From an uncultured Clostridia bacterium (GTDB taxonomy: Bacteria > Bacillota > Clostridia > TANB77 > CAG-508), in NCBI GenBank assembly GCA_934119935.1, contig CAKOSX010000002.1, forward strand, positions 44,294 through 108,293: DNA of 64,000 bases, written 5' to 3'. Positions 19,127 through 28,714 of the stretch are shown in pieces (position 1 is the first letter of the stretch; the number at the start of each line of letters is the position of its first letter). The notes beneath the pieces are model-generated. The model saw only the letters and a program-made list of their open reading frames with translations. It ran no database searches and was not told the DNA's origin. A program made the translations under genes and the position numbers.

Positions 19127-20617
19127 ATGGCAGACATAAAAGAATTAATGCAAGTACGTAGAGACAAAATGCAAAAGTTAATAGATAATGGTGTAAATGT
19201 ACACCCAGAGAGATATGAGAGAACACATCAAATTAAAGAAGCAAGAGAATTACCAGATGGAACAAAAGATGTTTCGATTGCTGGAAGAGTAATGTCTAAG
19301 AGAAAATTAGGAAAAATAAGCTTCTTAGATTTAAGAGATTTAGAAGGACATCTTCAATTAGTTATTAAAAAAGAAGATTTGGGAGAAGATGTATATAAAT
19401 TCTTACACGAAACAGTTGATATTGGTGATTTCATTGGAGTAAAAGGAGAAATATTTACAACTCAAGCGGGAGAAAAATCACTTCAAGTTTATGAATATAC
19501 ATTCTTAGGAAAGGCAATTCGTCCACTTCCAGAAAAATTCCATGGTTTAACAGACCAAGATGCAGTATACAGAGAGAGACATCTTGATTTAATAATGAAC
19601 GATGATGCTAAAAAGAGATTTGTATTAAGAACAAAGTTTATCAGATTAATGAGAGAATTCTTAGATACACATGAATTTTTAGAGGTAGACACACCAGTTC
19701 TTCAAAATACAGCTTCTGGAGCAACAGCAAAACCATTCATAACACACCACAATGCATTAGACATGGACGTATATTTAAGAATATCTCCAGAATTAACATT
19801 GAAAAAGCTTATAATTGGTGGATTTTCAAATGTATATGAAATTGCAAGAGACTTCAGAAATGAGGGAATGGATGCAAACCATTTACAAGACTTCACAATG
19901 GTTGAAGGATACAGTGCTTATTGGTGCTATAGAGATAATATGAAATTTTTAAGAGAAATGGTTATATATATATTATCAAAATTATTCGATGGAAACTTGA
20001 ATATCAAAATTGGAGAGCAAGAAATTGACTTCGGAGGAGAATGGCAAGTAGTATCATTCAGAGATTTAATACTTAAAGACTGTGGAATAGATATTGACAA
20101 ATTCGAAACAGCAGAAAGCTTACTTGCAGAGATAAAAGCAAAAGGAATAAAATTAGAGGCAGACAACTTAGAACAATTAGGAAGAGGAAATTTAATAGAT
20201 ACATTATACAAAAAGGTAAGCAGACCAAACATAATAAATCCAACATATCTAATTGAACACCCAATAGATTTATCTCCACTTGCTAGAAGCAATGATGAAA
20301 ATCCAAAATTGACAGATAGATTCCAATTAGTAGTAAATGGACAAGAAATAATAAATGGATATTCAGAGCTTGTAGACTGTGACGAACAAGAAAGAAGATT
20401 TATAGAGCAAGCTGAATTAAAGGCAAATGGTGATGAAGAAGCAATGAGCATAGACACAGAATATATAAGAGCTATGCAATATGGTATGCCACCAATTTCT
20501 GGTTGGGGACTTGGAATAGATAGATTCTTACAATTCTTAACAAACAGTGATAACATAAGAGATGTAGTTCTATACCCATTAATGAAACCAAGAGCAGCAG
20601 AAGAAAGCGAAGAATAA
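19127..20617 (+). CDS. lysS: Lysine--tRNA ligase (class II)
   Basis: N-terminal OB anticodon-binding domain; class II motifs FLEVDTPVLQ, RDFRNEGMD, GLGIDR. Confidence 0.93.
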   Translation: MADIKELMQVRRDKMQKLIDNGVNVHPERYERTHQIKEARELPDGTKDVSIAGRVMSKRKLGKISFLDLRDLEGHLQLVIKKEDLGEDVYKFLHETVDIGDFIGVKGEIFTTQAGEKSLQVYEYTFLGKAIRPLPEKFHGLTDQDAVYRERHLDLIMNDDAKKRFVLRTKFIRLMREFLDTHEFLEVDTPVLQNTASGATAKPFITHHNALDMDVYLRISPELTLKKLIIGGFSNVYEIARDFRNEGMDANHLQDFTMVEGYSAYWCYRDNMKFLREMVIYILSKLFDGNLNIKIGEQEIDFGGEWQVVSFRDLILKDCGIDIDKFETAESLLAEIKAKGIKLEADNLEQLGRGNLIDTLYKKVSRPNIINPTYLIEHPIDLSPLARSNDENPKLTDRFQLVVNGQEIINGYSELVDCDEQERRFIEQAELKANGDEEAMSIDTEYIRAMQYGMPPISGWGLGIDRFLQFLTNSDNIRDVVLYPLMKPRAAEESEE

Positions 20618-20626
20618 TAGATTGAA

Positions 20627-20658
20627 AGAGTGACTTAATTTTAAGTTGCTCTTTTTGT
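20627..20658 (+). terminator. Putative terminator after lysS
   Basis: Imperfect stem AGAGTGACTT / AAGTTGCTCT followed by TTTTTGTGTGG. Confidence 0.4.
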
Positions 20659-20725
20659 GTGGTATAATTGTTAAATAAATATCATAAAAATATTGTTGAA
20701 AAAAGAAAGTATCGGTTTGGAATTA

Positions 20726-20754
20726 TTGACTATGGCAACATAATGTTGTAAAAT
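20726..20754 (+). promoter_or_regulatory. Promoter TTGACT-17-TAAAAT upstream of the beta-CASP gene
   Basis: Host-like AT-rich consensus promoter about 70 nt upstream of the GC-rich ORF. Confidence 0.5.
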
Positions 20755-20826
20755 AAAAACATGAAATGTTTGCATAAAACATTTTAAAGCTAATTAACTT
20801 TATTATTTTTTGATTGGAGGATTATT

Positions 20827-22242
20827 ATGGGTTCAAAAGACCGGCTCTACGCAGACATCATGGCTGTGCATCCAGAGGTAACTGGCTCATGCAATCTGGT
20901 TATTGTAAAACAGCCAGATAATAGCACGGTCAAATTTGTTGTTGATTGTGGCCTCTTTCAAGAGAGGCAGTACAGCAAGAACAATGAGAGTTTGCCTTTC
21001 ATCCCGGCTAACATCGATTTTTGTTTGGTTACGCATAATCATGTGGATCATGTTGGTCGCTTGCCTTTTATGGTGAGTAAGGGTTACAACCAAGAGATCT
21101 ATATGACTGAGACAACTGCAAAGCTCTTGCCTTTGGCTTTGGAAGATAGCTATAAGGTGCTAAGAGATGTTGCAAAACGGCAGAACCATTCGCCGTTGTA
21201 CAGCGAGAGTGATGTGTCCCAAACCATGAGACTGATTCATCCTTGCAAGTATAATGAGACTATCCAGATTCGCCCGAATATTAAGGCAACATTCTTTATG
21301 AATGGCCACTTGATGGGAGCTTCTAGCATTCTCGTTCAAATCAGTTGGGAGGGATACGAAACAATTAATTTGTTCTTTAGCGGAGACTACAACAACAAGA
21401 ACATGTTCTTTGATGTACCAGACCTTCCGGATTGGGTACTTGACCTTCCACTTACGTTGGTTCAGGAATCCACTTATGGAAACATGGACTCCTATGAGGT
21501 TACGAGCTGCTTTAAGCAGAATGTACTGAGGTGCCTCGAACATGGTGGTACGATTGTTGCACCAGTCTTTTCGCTGGGACGTTCGCAGGAAATTCTGTAT
21601 GAGGTTAAATGCATGCAGGACGATGGCTCTTTGGATGTAAATGTGCCGATTTATTTCGATGGAAAGCTTGGCATCAGATATACCACGCTTTACTTGAAAG
21701 ATGGACTGGACATCAAGGAAGATATGAAAAACTTCCTTCCGAAGAACCTTACCTTTGTGGACAAGGTTAATCGTGGCGAAGTCTTGACGAGTACTATGCC
21801 TAAGATTATCCTTACCACTTCTGGCATGGGATCGTATGGTCCTGCACAGGTGTATATTCCAGAGTATTTGACCAGAAGAAATTCGCTTATCCACTTCACG
21901 GGCTATACCACAGAAGGTACGCTCGGTGCAAGACTTAAAGAGGCTGAAGTCGGCACGGCAGTTCAGATTGGTGGTACGCTTGTTAAAAAGTATGCACAGG
22001 TCGAATACACCACCGAATATTCTGCTCACGCAAAGGCAGATGAGATGATTGACTTCCTCAAGAAGTTCAAACACCTTAAGTTGGTCCTTGTGAATCACGG
22101 AGAGGCTGATACAAAGCAAATATTTGCAGAAAGGATTATCAACGAAGTTGACACTGAAAGGGTCGGAATTCTGGGAAGTGGTTACTTCTTCCGTGTGAAT
22201 CACGAAGGCCTTATCAAGAGCCTGTCGACAAAATTCGAATAA
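20827..22242 (+). CDS. Metallo-beta-lactamase fold beta-CASP family nuclease (RNase J / CPSF-like), foreign GC
   Basis: HxHxDH motif THNHVDHVGRLP; beta-CASP motif A (QESTYG) and C-terminal His motif (YSAHAKADE); 471 aa; GC about 44% with foreign codon usage; GGAGG RBS. Confidence 0.75.
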   Translation: MGSKDRLYADIMAVHPEVTGSCNLVIVKQPDNSTVKFVVDCGLFQERQYSKNNESLPFIPANIDFCLVTHNHVDHVGRLPFMVSKGYNQEIYMTETTAKLLPLALEDSYKVLRDVAKRQNHSPLYSESDVSQTMRLIHPCKYNETIQIRPNIKATFFMNGHLMGASSILVQISWEGYETINLFFSGDYNNKNMFFDVPDLPDWVLDLPLTLVQESTYGNMDSYEVTSCFKQNVLRCLEHGGTIVAPVFSLGRSQEILYEVKCMQDDGSLDVNVPIYFDGKLGIRYTTLYLKDGLDIKEDMKNFLPKNLTFVDKVNRGEVLTSTMPKIILTTSGMGSYGPAQVYIPEYLTRRNSLIHFTGYTTEGTLGARLKEAEVGTAVQIGGTLVKKYAQVEYTTEYSAHAKADEMIDFLKKFKHLKLVLVNHGEADTKQIFAERIINEVDTERVGILGSGYFFRVNHEGLIKSLSTKFE

Positions 22243-22263
22243 AATAATTCATACAACGTGCTG

Positions 22264-22286
22264 GGGCTCCCTTTTTGGGAGCCTCA
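22264..22286 (+). terminator. GC-rich hairpin terminator after the beta-CASP gene
   Basis: GGGGCTCCC-ttttt-GGGAGCCTC. Confidence 0.45.
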
Positions 22287-22345
22287 GTTTGTGCTATATA
22301 AGGAAAAATATTATGTAAATATTTATTAAAATTTGAAAGGATTCA

Positions 22346-22374
22346 TTGAAAATTGTAATTATAAATGATATAAT
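22346..22374 (+). promoter_or_regulatory. Promoter TTGAAA-17-TATAAT upstream of the PIN-PhoH gene
   Basis: Consensus-like -35/-10 with 17-nt spacer in the AT-rich spacer between the two GC-rich ORFs. Confidence 0.5.
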
Positions 22375-22398
22375 ATAAGAAGTTCGAATACACACACA

Positions 22399-22424
22399 GT
22401 TCTGAAACATACTATTTTCAGAAC
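22399..22424 (+). promoter_or_regulatory. Perfect 9-bp inverted repeat GTTCTGAAA-N8-TTTCAGAAC in the 5'UTR of the PIN-PhoH gene
   Basis: Lies between the -10 element and the RBS; either an operator or a leader hairpin. Confidence 0.4.
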
Positions 22425-22450
22425 GCAATTTGCAAAGGAGTTATATACAA

Positions 22451-23812
22451 ATGAAAAAAGTATTCGTTTTGAGGACGGAAGCTTTGTTGGCATCTAAGGA
22501 TCCGACTTTGAGATTTGGCGACGACAATACTATTGTTGTGCCTATGGCAATTCTCCAGAACCTTTATCGGTACAAGGGTGTGCCGGAAAAGATGAGCATG
22601 GCAAGTAGGTTCGTAGAGTATATCGACAGCCTTCCCCAGAATGATTTGCTTTCCGAGGAAGGCTTCAAGCAGGAAAACGGTAGTTACCTGCGCATTGTGG
22701 ATAATGGACCTATTGAGCAGGAAATTGCTAATTTGGCAGATTTTTCGCGGCTTGACCATAGAGTTTTCCAGGTTTGTAAGGATTTGAAGAAAAAGAGCAA
22801 AAAGGTTATCTTGATTTCTAGAAATCCGAATATCCGTCTGAAGGGCAATCAGCTTGGAATTGATACTGAGCTGTTTAAAGACGAGATTTTCCCTAAACCT
22901 TGTGATCAATATAAGGGGATAGTCGAAGTTTTCATGCCTGGGAGCTCACTGGAAAAAATGTTCACCGATGAAAGAGGAGTTCCTGTAGAGGAAGTGTACC
23001 AGTATGAAAATTTCGACTGGATTGAAAACGAGTTCGTCGAGATTGTCAGTGACACTTCTAAGGCCATAGGACGTTATACCAATGGACGAATTGTTCGCCT
23101 TAAGTATGACAAGAGCATCCCGGGAGGACATAAGGCTCTCAATGTAGAGCAGGTTGTATTCTGGGAATCCTTGCTTATGCCGCCTGATATAGCACCATTG
23201 GTTGTTACGAAAGGTGTTGCAGGTACCGGAAAAACCTATTGTTCTTTGGCAATGGCATTGAATGCGATTGAAAAGAAAGGGGACAAGAAAAAGCAGACAT
23301 ATAAGCAGATTATTGTTGCAACTCCCACTGTCACGGTGGCAAACGAAGAACTGGGCTTTTTGCCTGGTGAAATCGATGATAAGGTGGGCCCGTATCTCGG
23401 CGGTATTGTTGATAATTTGAAGGAGATTCTCAGACCGAAATTTCCGGATTTCACAAATGCTGAGCTGAAGAAGAAGGCAATGGAATTCTTCGAGAGAGGA
23501 GACATCGAAATTCAGCCGATTGGATTCCTGCGTGGTCGCACAATTCCGAACACGGTGTTTATCATCGATGAAACGCAGAATATAAAGCCGTGCGATATCA
23601 AGGACATTGTTACGCGTTCTGCCGAAGGTTCGAAGTTCATCTTCTTGGGAGACGCTGACCAGGTTAACAATCCCGCGCTTAATTCGCGCTACAACGGTTT
23701 GGTGTACCTGAGTGAAAAGATGAAAGGCAACCCGCATACCTTCCAGATTACGCTTAACAGCAAGAAGTCTGTTAGAAGCAAGTTGGCACAGGAGGCACTT
23801 GACATTCTCTAA
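22451..23812 (+). CDS. PhoH-like ATPase with N-terminal PIN domain (YlaK-like), foreign GC
   Basis: N-terminal PIN-like fold (KVFVLRTEALL...NTIVVPMAIL); C-terminal PhoH P-loop VVTKGVAGTGKT, LGFLPGEIDDKVGPYL, IDETQN; 453 aa from the ATG at 22451 (AAGGAG RBS); GC about 44%. Confidence 0.75.
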   Translation: MKKVFVLRTEALLASKDPTLRFGDDNTIVVPMAILQNLYRYKGVPEKMSMASRFVEYIDSLPQNDLLSEEGFKQENGSYLRIVDNGPIEQEIANLADFSRLDHRVFQVCKDLKKKSKKVILISRNPNIRLKGNQLGIDTELFKDEIFPKPCDQYKGIVEVFMPGSSLEKMFTDERGVPVEEVYQYENFDWIENEFVEIVSDTSKAIGRYTNGRIVRLKYDKSIPGGHKALNVEQVVFWESLLMPPDIAPLVVTKGVAGTGKTYCSLAMALNAIEKKGDKKKQTYKQIIVATPTVTVANEELGFLPGEIDDKVGPYLGGIVDNLKEILRPKFPDFTNAELKKKAMEFFERGDIEIQPIGFLRGRTIPNTVFIIDETQNIKPCDIKDIVTRSAEGSKFIFLGDADQVNNPALNSRYNGLVYLSEKMKGNPHTFQITLNSKKSVRSKLAQEALDIL

Positions 23813-23893
23813 TAGACAGGAGAAGAGAAAAAATTAAAAAAGTAGAAAGTACAAGATTTTATTCTGGAAATCTGCTAAACTCCATAGCAAAGA

Positions 23894-23924
23894 AACAGGA
23901 GGCGAAATTTTCGCCTCCTGTTTT
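23894..23924 (+). terminator. Rho-independent terminator after the PIN-PhoH gene
   Basis: Perfect 14-bp stem AACAGGAGGCGAAA / TTTCGCCTCCTGTT followed by TTTTCC. Confidence 0.65.
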
Positions 23925-24062
23925 CCTATGATATTGAAAAATGTTTTAAACATAGAGAAGAAGCTCTTTTTAGAATAATTTTTTTGCCCTAAATGCTTGT
24001 ATTTTTGGGCTGTTTGTTATAAAATATTGTCAATATTATGTTAAAAAGATAAGGAGAAAAAT

Positions 24063-25754
24063 TTGAATAAAAAATGGGAATTAAACGAAGCAAATGATGC
24101 ACTGATTAACAAGATATCAGAAGAATTTAACGTAAGTAAATTGGTTGCAAATATTATTGCAAATAAAGGATTAACAAACAGTGATGAAATAGAAGTTTTT
24201 TTGCACCCAAGGAGGACAGATTTTCATGATCCGTTCATGATGCCTGACATGGAGAAGGCGGTAGATAGAGTCGTTAAGGCAATTGAGACTCACGAGAAGG
24301 TTGCAATTTATGGAGATTATGATGTTGATGGAATTACGAGTAGCACTGTTTTGAAGAGATTTTTAGCTGAGAGAGGGCTTGAAACAGATGTGTATATTCC
24401 TAATAGATTGCATGAAGGGTATGGATTAAATGAGAATGCGATAAGAGAAATTGCAGATACTAAACATACATTGATTATAACGGTTGATTGTGGAATTACT
24501 GGAAACAAAGAGATTGAACTTGCAAAGTCACTCGGAATAGATACTGTTGTGACTGACCACCACGAACCAACCGAAACATTACCAGATGCGATTGCGGTGG
24601 TTGATTGTAAGAGAAAAGATAATGAGTATCCATTTAATGGACTAGCCGGTGTAGGAGTTGCATTTAAATTAACTCAGGCTATTTCGATGAGGCTGGGAGT
24701 AAGAGAAGAGGAATATCTAAAATACTTAGACTTAGTATGTGTTGGAACAATTTCTGATATTGTTCCACTTGTAGACGAAAATAGAACTATATCAAAATTA
24801 GGATTGAAACTAGTTAGACAGACACGAAATATTGGTTTAAAAGTATTATTAGATAGTATTGGTTATAAAAAAATAGATTCTACGGCAATATCTTTTGGAG
24901 TTGCTCCAAGAATAAATGCGTGTGGAAGAATGGGACATGAGAAAGAGGCTTTGGAGCTATTTTTAACAGATAGCAAAGAAGAAGCTGAGAAAATAACACA
25001 GAATTTAAATGCGTATAACTTAGAGCGCCAAGAGATTGAAAAGAGAATATTTAATGAAGCTCAAAAGATGATGGAAGACCCAGAACAGCAAAAACTTCCA
25101 TGCATAGTATTAGGTGGAGAAAACTGGCACCATGGTGTTATTGGAATTGTTTCATCAAAGATTACAGACATGTATTTTAAGCCTAGCGTATTGCTTTGCT
25201 ACGAGGACGATTTAGCTCGTGGTTCTGGAAGAAGTATTCCTGGGTTTGACTTGCATGAGGCATTAGAAAAATGTAGTACGTACATCAAGCAATTTGGTGG
25301 ACACAGCATGGCAATTGGAATTACGATAGAAAAAGATAATTTTGAAAAATTTAAAAAAGAGTTTGAAGAATATGCTGAAAAATCTAATATTTCATCTATC
25401 GTTCCAGTAATTAAAATAGATGAAAAAGTACAATTACAAGATATCAGCATAAAAGATATAAAAGACTTAGAATTGCTAGAACCATTTGGAGAAGGAAATA
25501 AGATGCCATTGTTCCAGATTAGCAATTTAAAAATAACATCAATCAGAACACTTTCGGAAGGAAAGCACTTGAAAGCAATGCTTCAAGACGAAAACAAATA
25601 CATAGACACAATAGGATTTAATCTGGGAAATATATCTTCTGAATATGCGATAGGTTCAAAAGTAGATGTTGTAGGAAACTTAGAGATAAATAGTTATAAG
25701 GGAATGGAAAATATACAAATTAATCTAAAAGATATGAGACATAGCATAAGCTAA
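24063..25754 (+). CDS. recJ: Single-stranded-DNA-specific exonuclease RecJ
   Basis: DHH motif (VTDHHEP), DHHA1 domain, C-terminal OB; TTG start with AAGGAG RBS. Confidence 0.85.
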   Translation: MNKKWELNEANDALINKISEEFNVSKLVANIIANKGLTNSDEIEVFLHPRRTDFHDPFMMPDMEKAVDRVVKAIETHEKVAIYGDYDVDGITSSTVLKRFLAERGLETDVYIPNRLHEGYGLNENAIREIADTKHTLIITVDCGITGNKEIELAKSLGIDTVVTDHHEPTETLPDAIAVVDCKRKDNEYPFNGLAGVGVAFKLTQAISMRLGVREEEYLKYLDLVCVGTISDIVPLVDENRTISKLGLKLVRQTRNIGLKVLLDSIGYKKIDSTAISFGVAPRINACGRMGHEKEALELFLTDSKEEAEKITQNLNAYNLERQEIEKRIFNEAQKMMEDPEQQKLPCIVLGGENWHHGVIGIVSSKITDMYFKPSVLLCYEDDLARGSGRSIPGFDLHEALEKCSTYIKQFGGHSMAIGITIEKDNFEKFKKEFEEYAEKSNISSIVPVIKIDEKVQLQDISIKDIKDLELLEPFGEGNKMPLFQISNLKITSIRTLSEGKHLKAMLQDENKYIDTIGFNLGNISSEYAIGSKVDVVGNLEINSYKGMENIQINLKDMRHSIS

Positions 25755-25784
25755 AGTCTTTTAGATGTAAAGGGAGATGGTAGT

Positions 25785-27980
25785 ATGTCGGAAAACGTAA
25801 ATCACACCATAGAAGAAGTATTAGAAAATGCAAAAAAATCTAATAGAAGAGCAGATTTAAAATTAATAAGAAGAGCATATGATTTTGCAAAATCTAAGCA
25901 TGGAGAACAGTTGAGAAGGTCTGGAGAACCATATATAATACATCCGGTTCAAGTTGCATATATATTGTCTACACTTGGACTCGATGAGAGCACTATTTGT
26001 GCTGCTCTTTTACATGATGTAATTGAAGATACAGATGTAACTTTGCAAGATTTGTCTAAGGAATTTTCACCAGAGATTGCAGAAATGGTTGATGGTGTTA
26101 CAAAGCTTGGTAAATTAAATTATACGAGTGAACAAGAGCAACAAGTTGAAAACTACAGAAAAATGTTCTTGGCAATGGGAAAAGACATAAGGGTAATTCT
26201 TATTAAATTAGCCGATAGACTTCATAACATGAGAACATTAAAATATTTGGCTAGGGACCGTCAAATTGCAAATGCAAGGGAGACAATGGACTTGTATGCT
26301 CCACTTGCAAACAGACTTGGTATGTATTCTTTAAAATGGGAACTAGAGGATTTATCGTTTAAATATTTATATCCAGAGGAATATAGAGAGCTTGTTGAAG
26401 GAATAGACAAGAAGAGAGAAGAAAGATTGAAATTCATCGATCAGATTATGGACGAGATAAGAGTTCAATTAAAGAAGCAAAAAATAGAAGCGGAAATAAC
26501 AGGTAGAGCAAAGCATTTATATAGTATTTTTAGAAAAATGCAGAGAGACAATAAGACTCTGGACCAGATTTATGATTTATTCGCATTAAGAATTATCGTA
26601 AATTCTGTAAAAGACTGTTATGCTGCATTAGGTGTCGTGCATGAGCTTTATAATCCAATGCCAGGAAGATTTAAGGATTATATCTCGGTTCCAAAACCTA
26701 ACATGTATCAATCTTTACATACTACTTTGATAGGTCCAAAAGGAACTCCATTCGAGGTACAGATTCGTACATGGGATATGCATAGGATAGCCGAATATGG
26801 TATTGCTGCACACTGGGCCTACAAAGAGGCAAGCTTCATGGGAGGCAAGAAGGCAAATGTAGTAGTAAATCAAGATAAATTATCTTGGTTAAGGGAAACA
26901 CTTGAATGGCAAAAAGACATGCAAGACCCACAAGAGTTCTTAAATACATTAAAAACTGAATTATTTGAAGATGAGGTTTATGTGTTTACTCCAAAGGGAA
27001 AAATTCAAGTATTACCAAGAGGAGCTACACCAATAGATTTTGCTTACAGTATTCACGAAGAAATAGGAAACCATATGACTGGCTGTAAGATAAACAGCAA
27101 GATGATGCCTATTGTAACAAAACTAAAAAATGGTGATATTGTAGAGATTATTACATCAGATAAATCTAAAGGACCAAGTAGAGATTGGCTTAAATTTATA
27201 AAAAGTAGTACAGCAAAGACTAGAATACAACAATGGTTCAAGAAGAATGAAAGAGTAGAAAACATTGCAAGAGGAAAAGACGCTTTAGAAAAAGAAGTAA
27301 AGAAAATTGGAATGAGCTACCCAGAATTATTCAGACCAGAGTTTGTCGAGGCTGCACTTGAAAGATACAAATATAATAGTGCAGATGATATGTTCGCAAG
27401 TGTTGGATTTGGAACAATTACAGCAAATAAAATAGTTTCAAGAGTACTTGAAGAATACAGAAAAGTTCATAAAGAAGAAAATCTAGAAGAAAAAATAGAA
27501 GAACTTACAAAGGAAAAGACAAACAGCAAGCCATCAACAAGTGGTGTAATTGTAAAAGGAATAGACAACTGTCTAGTAAAACTATCAAAATGTTGTAACC
27601 CAGTACCAGGAGACGAAATTGTTGGATATATTACAAAAGGAAGAGGCGTATCTGTACATAGAAAAGACTGCAAGAACGTAAAAGACTTGGTATCTGAAGA
27701 AAACAGAATGATAGATGTTTCATGGTACACAGACAAACCATCGAGCTATAATGTTGATGTTGTAGTATTTTCAAATGATAGAGATGGATTACTTGCAGAC
27801 ATAATTGCAACAATAACTGCAGAAAAAACACCTATAATGGCTGTATCATCAAAAGTATCTAAAGAAAGAATAGTATTAACAGAATTAACACTAGAAGTAA
27901 GCAATATAGCACAATTGAACAGTGTTTTAAAAGCAATAAGAAAAGTAGACAGCGTATATGAAGTAAGAAGAAATAAATAA
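25785..27980 (+). CDS. relA: Bifunctional (p)ppGpp synthetase/hydrolase Rel
   Basis: HD hydrolase (HDVIEDT), synthetase motifs (RIKxxxSxxxK, DxxGxRI), TGS and C-terminal ACT domains; 731 aa. Confidence 0.92.
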   Translation: MSENVNHTIEEVLENAKKSNRRADLKLIRRAYDFAKSKHGEQLRRSGEPYIIHPVQVAYILSTLGLDESTICAALLHDVIEDTDVTLQDLSKEFSPEIAEMVDGVTKLGKLNYTSEQEQQVENYRKMFLAMGKDIRVILIKLADRLHNMRTLKYLARDRQIANARETMDLYAPLANRLGMYSLKWELEDLSFKYLYPEEYRELVEGIDKKREERLKFIDQIMDEIRVQLKKQKIEAEITGRAKHLYSIFRKMQRDNKTLDQIYDLFALRIIVNSVKDCYAALGVVHELYNPMPGRFKDYISVPKPNMYQSLHTTLIGPKGTPFEVQIRTWDMHRIAEYGIAAHWAYKEASFMGGKKANVVVNQDKLSWLRETLEWQKDMQDPQEFLNTLKTELFEDEVYVFTPKGKIQVLPRGATPIDFAYSIHEEIGNHMTGCKINSKMMPIVTKLKNGDIVEIITSDKSKGPSRDWLKFIKSSTAKTRIQQWFKKNERVENIARGKDALEKEVKKIGMSYPELFRPEFVEAALERYKYNSADDMFASVGFGTITANKIVSRVLEEYRKVHKEENLEEKIEELTKEKTNSKPSTSGVIVKGIDNCLVKLSKCCNPVPGDEIVGYITKGRGVSVHRKDCKNVKDLVSEENRMIDVSWYTDKPSSYNVDVVVFSNDRDGLLADIIATITAEKTPIMAVSSKVSKERIVLTELTLEVSNIAQLNSVLKAIRKVDSVYEVRRNK

Positions 27981-28042
27981 AACATATATGAAAAATATGA
28001 CTTGCGTATAAAACGAAGCCAAGGAATAAATAGGAGCAACAC

Positions 28043-28693
28043 ATGATTTTAAAAAGATTAAAAGTACAAACGACTTTAGGAGAAGCAACAAATTGTTACA
28101 TAGTAGAAGACGAAGAAACAAAAGAAACGATGGTTATAGATCCAGGTGGAGAAGCAGATAAAATTGTAGAAATGATAGATATATTAGAGGCAAATGTAAA
28201 ATACATTTATCTAACACATTGCCATGGAGACCACATTGGAGCCGTTTCGGAGGTAAAGAGCAAAAAAGGTGGAAAAATATTAATCCATAGAGACGATGCA
28301 GAAGGCTTAGATGACGAAAACATAAATTTAAGCGCATGCATTAACATGGGAGACATAGAGCTAGAACCAGATTCAAGAGTAGACGACGGAGATTTAATTC
28401 ATGTTGGAAGTCTAGAATTTAGAGTAATACACACTCCAGGACACACAAAAGGTTCTACTTCGTTATATTGTGAAAAGGAAGGATTATTATTTTCGGGAGA
28501 CACATTATTTAGAGGAACTTGGGGAAGAACAGATTTACCAACTAGTTCGTTCGTACAAATAATAGACTCGATTACAAAAAAATTACTTGTATTACCAGAC
28601 GAAACAATAGTATATCCGGGGCATGGAAAATCTACATTAATAAAGGAAGAAAAGCCAATTTATCTAGAACTAAAACCTCGTCAAGAATGCTAA
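28043..28693 (+). CDS. MBL-fold metallo-hydrolase (glyoxalase II-like)
   Basis: THCHGDHIG metal-binding motif; 216 aa. Confidence 0.7.
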   Translation: MILKRLKVQTTLGEATNCYIVEDEETKETMVIDPGGEADKIVEMIDILEANVKYIYLTHCHGDHIGAVSEVKSKKGGKILIHRDDAEGLDDENINLSACINMGDIELEPDSRVDDGDLIHVGSLEFRVIHTPGHTKGSTSLYCEKEGLLFSGDTLFRGTWGRTDLPTSSFVQIIDSITKKLLVLPDETIVYPGHGKSTLIKEEKPIYLELKPRQEC

Positions 28694-28714
28694 AAACTAA
28701 TTACTGCATTACCA

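Noticed and set aside
19927-21093. Minus-strand ORFs antisense to lysS and the beta-CASP gene (e.g. 19927-20556, 21160-22203)
   Set aside because: They are fully embedded antisense in well-supported genes, and no RBS is present.
22400-22424. GTTC...GAAC palindrome as a LexA/Cheo box
   Set aside because: The half-site orientation (GTTC-N18-GAAC) is inverted relative to GAAC-N4-GTTC, so it is not an SOS box. It is kept as a separate regulatory finding.
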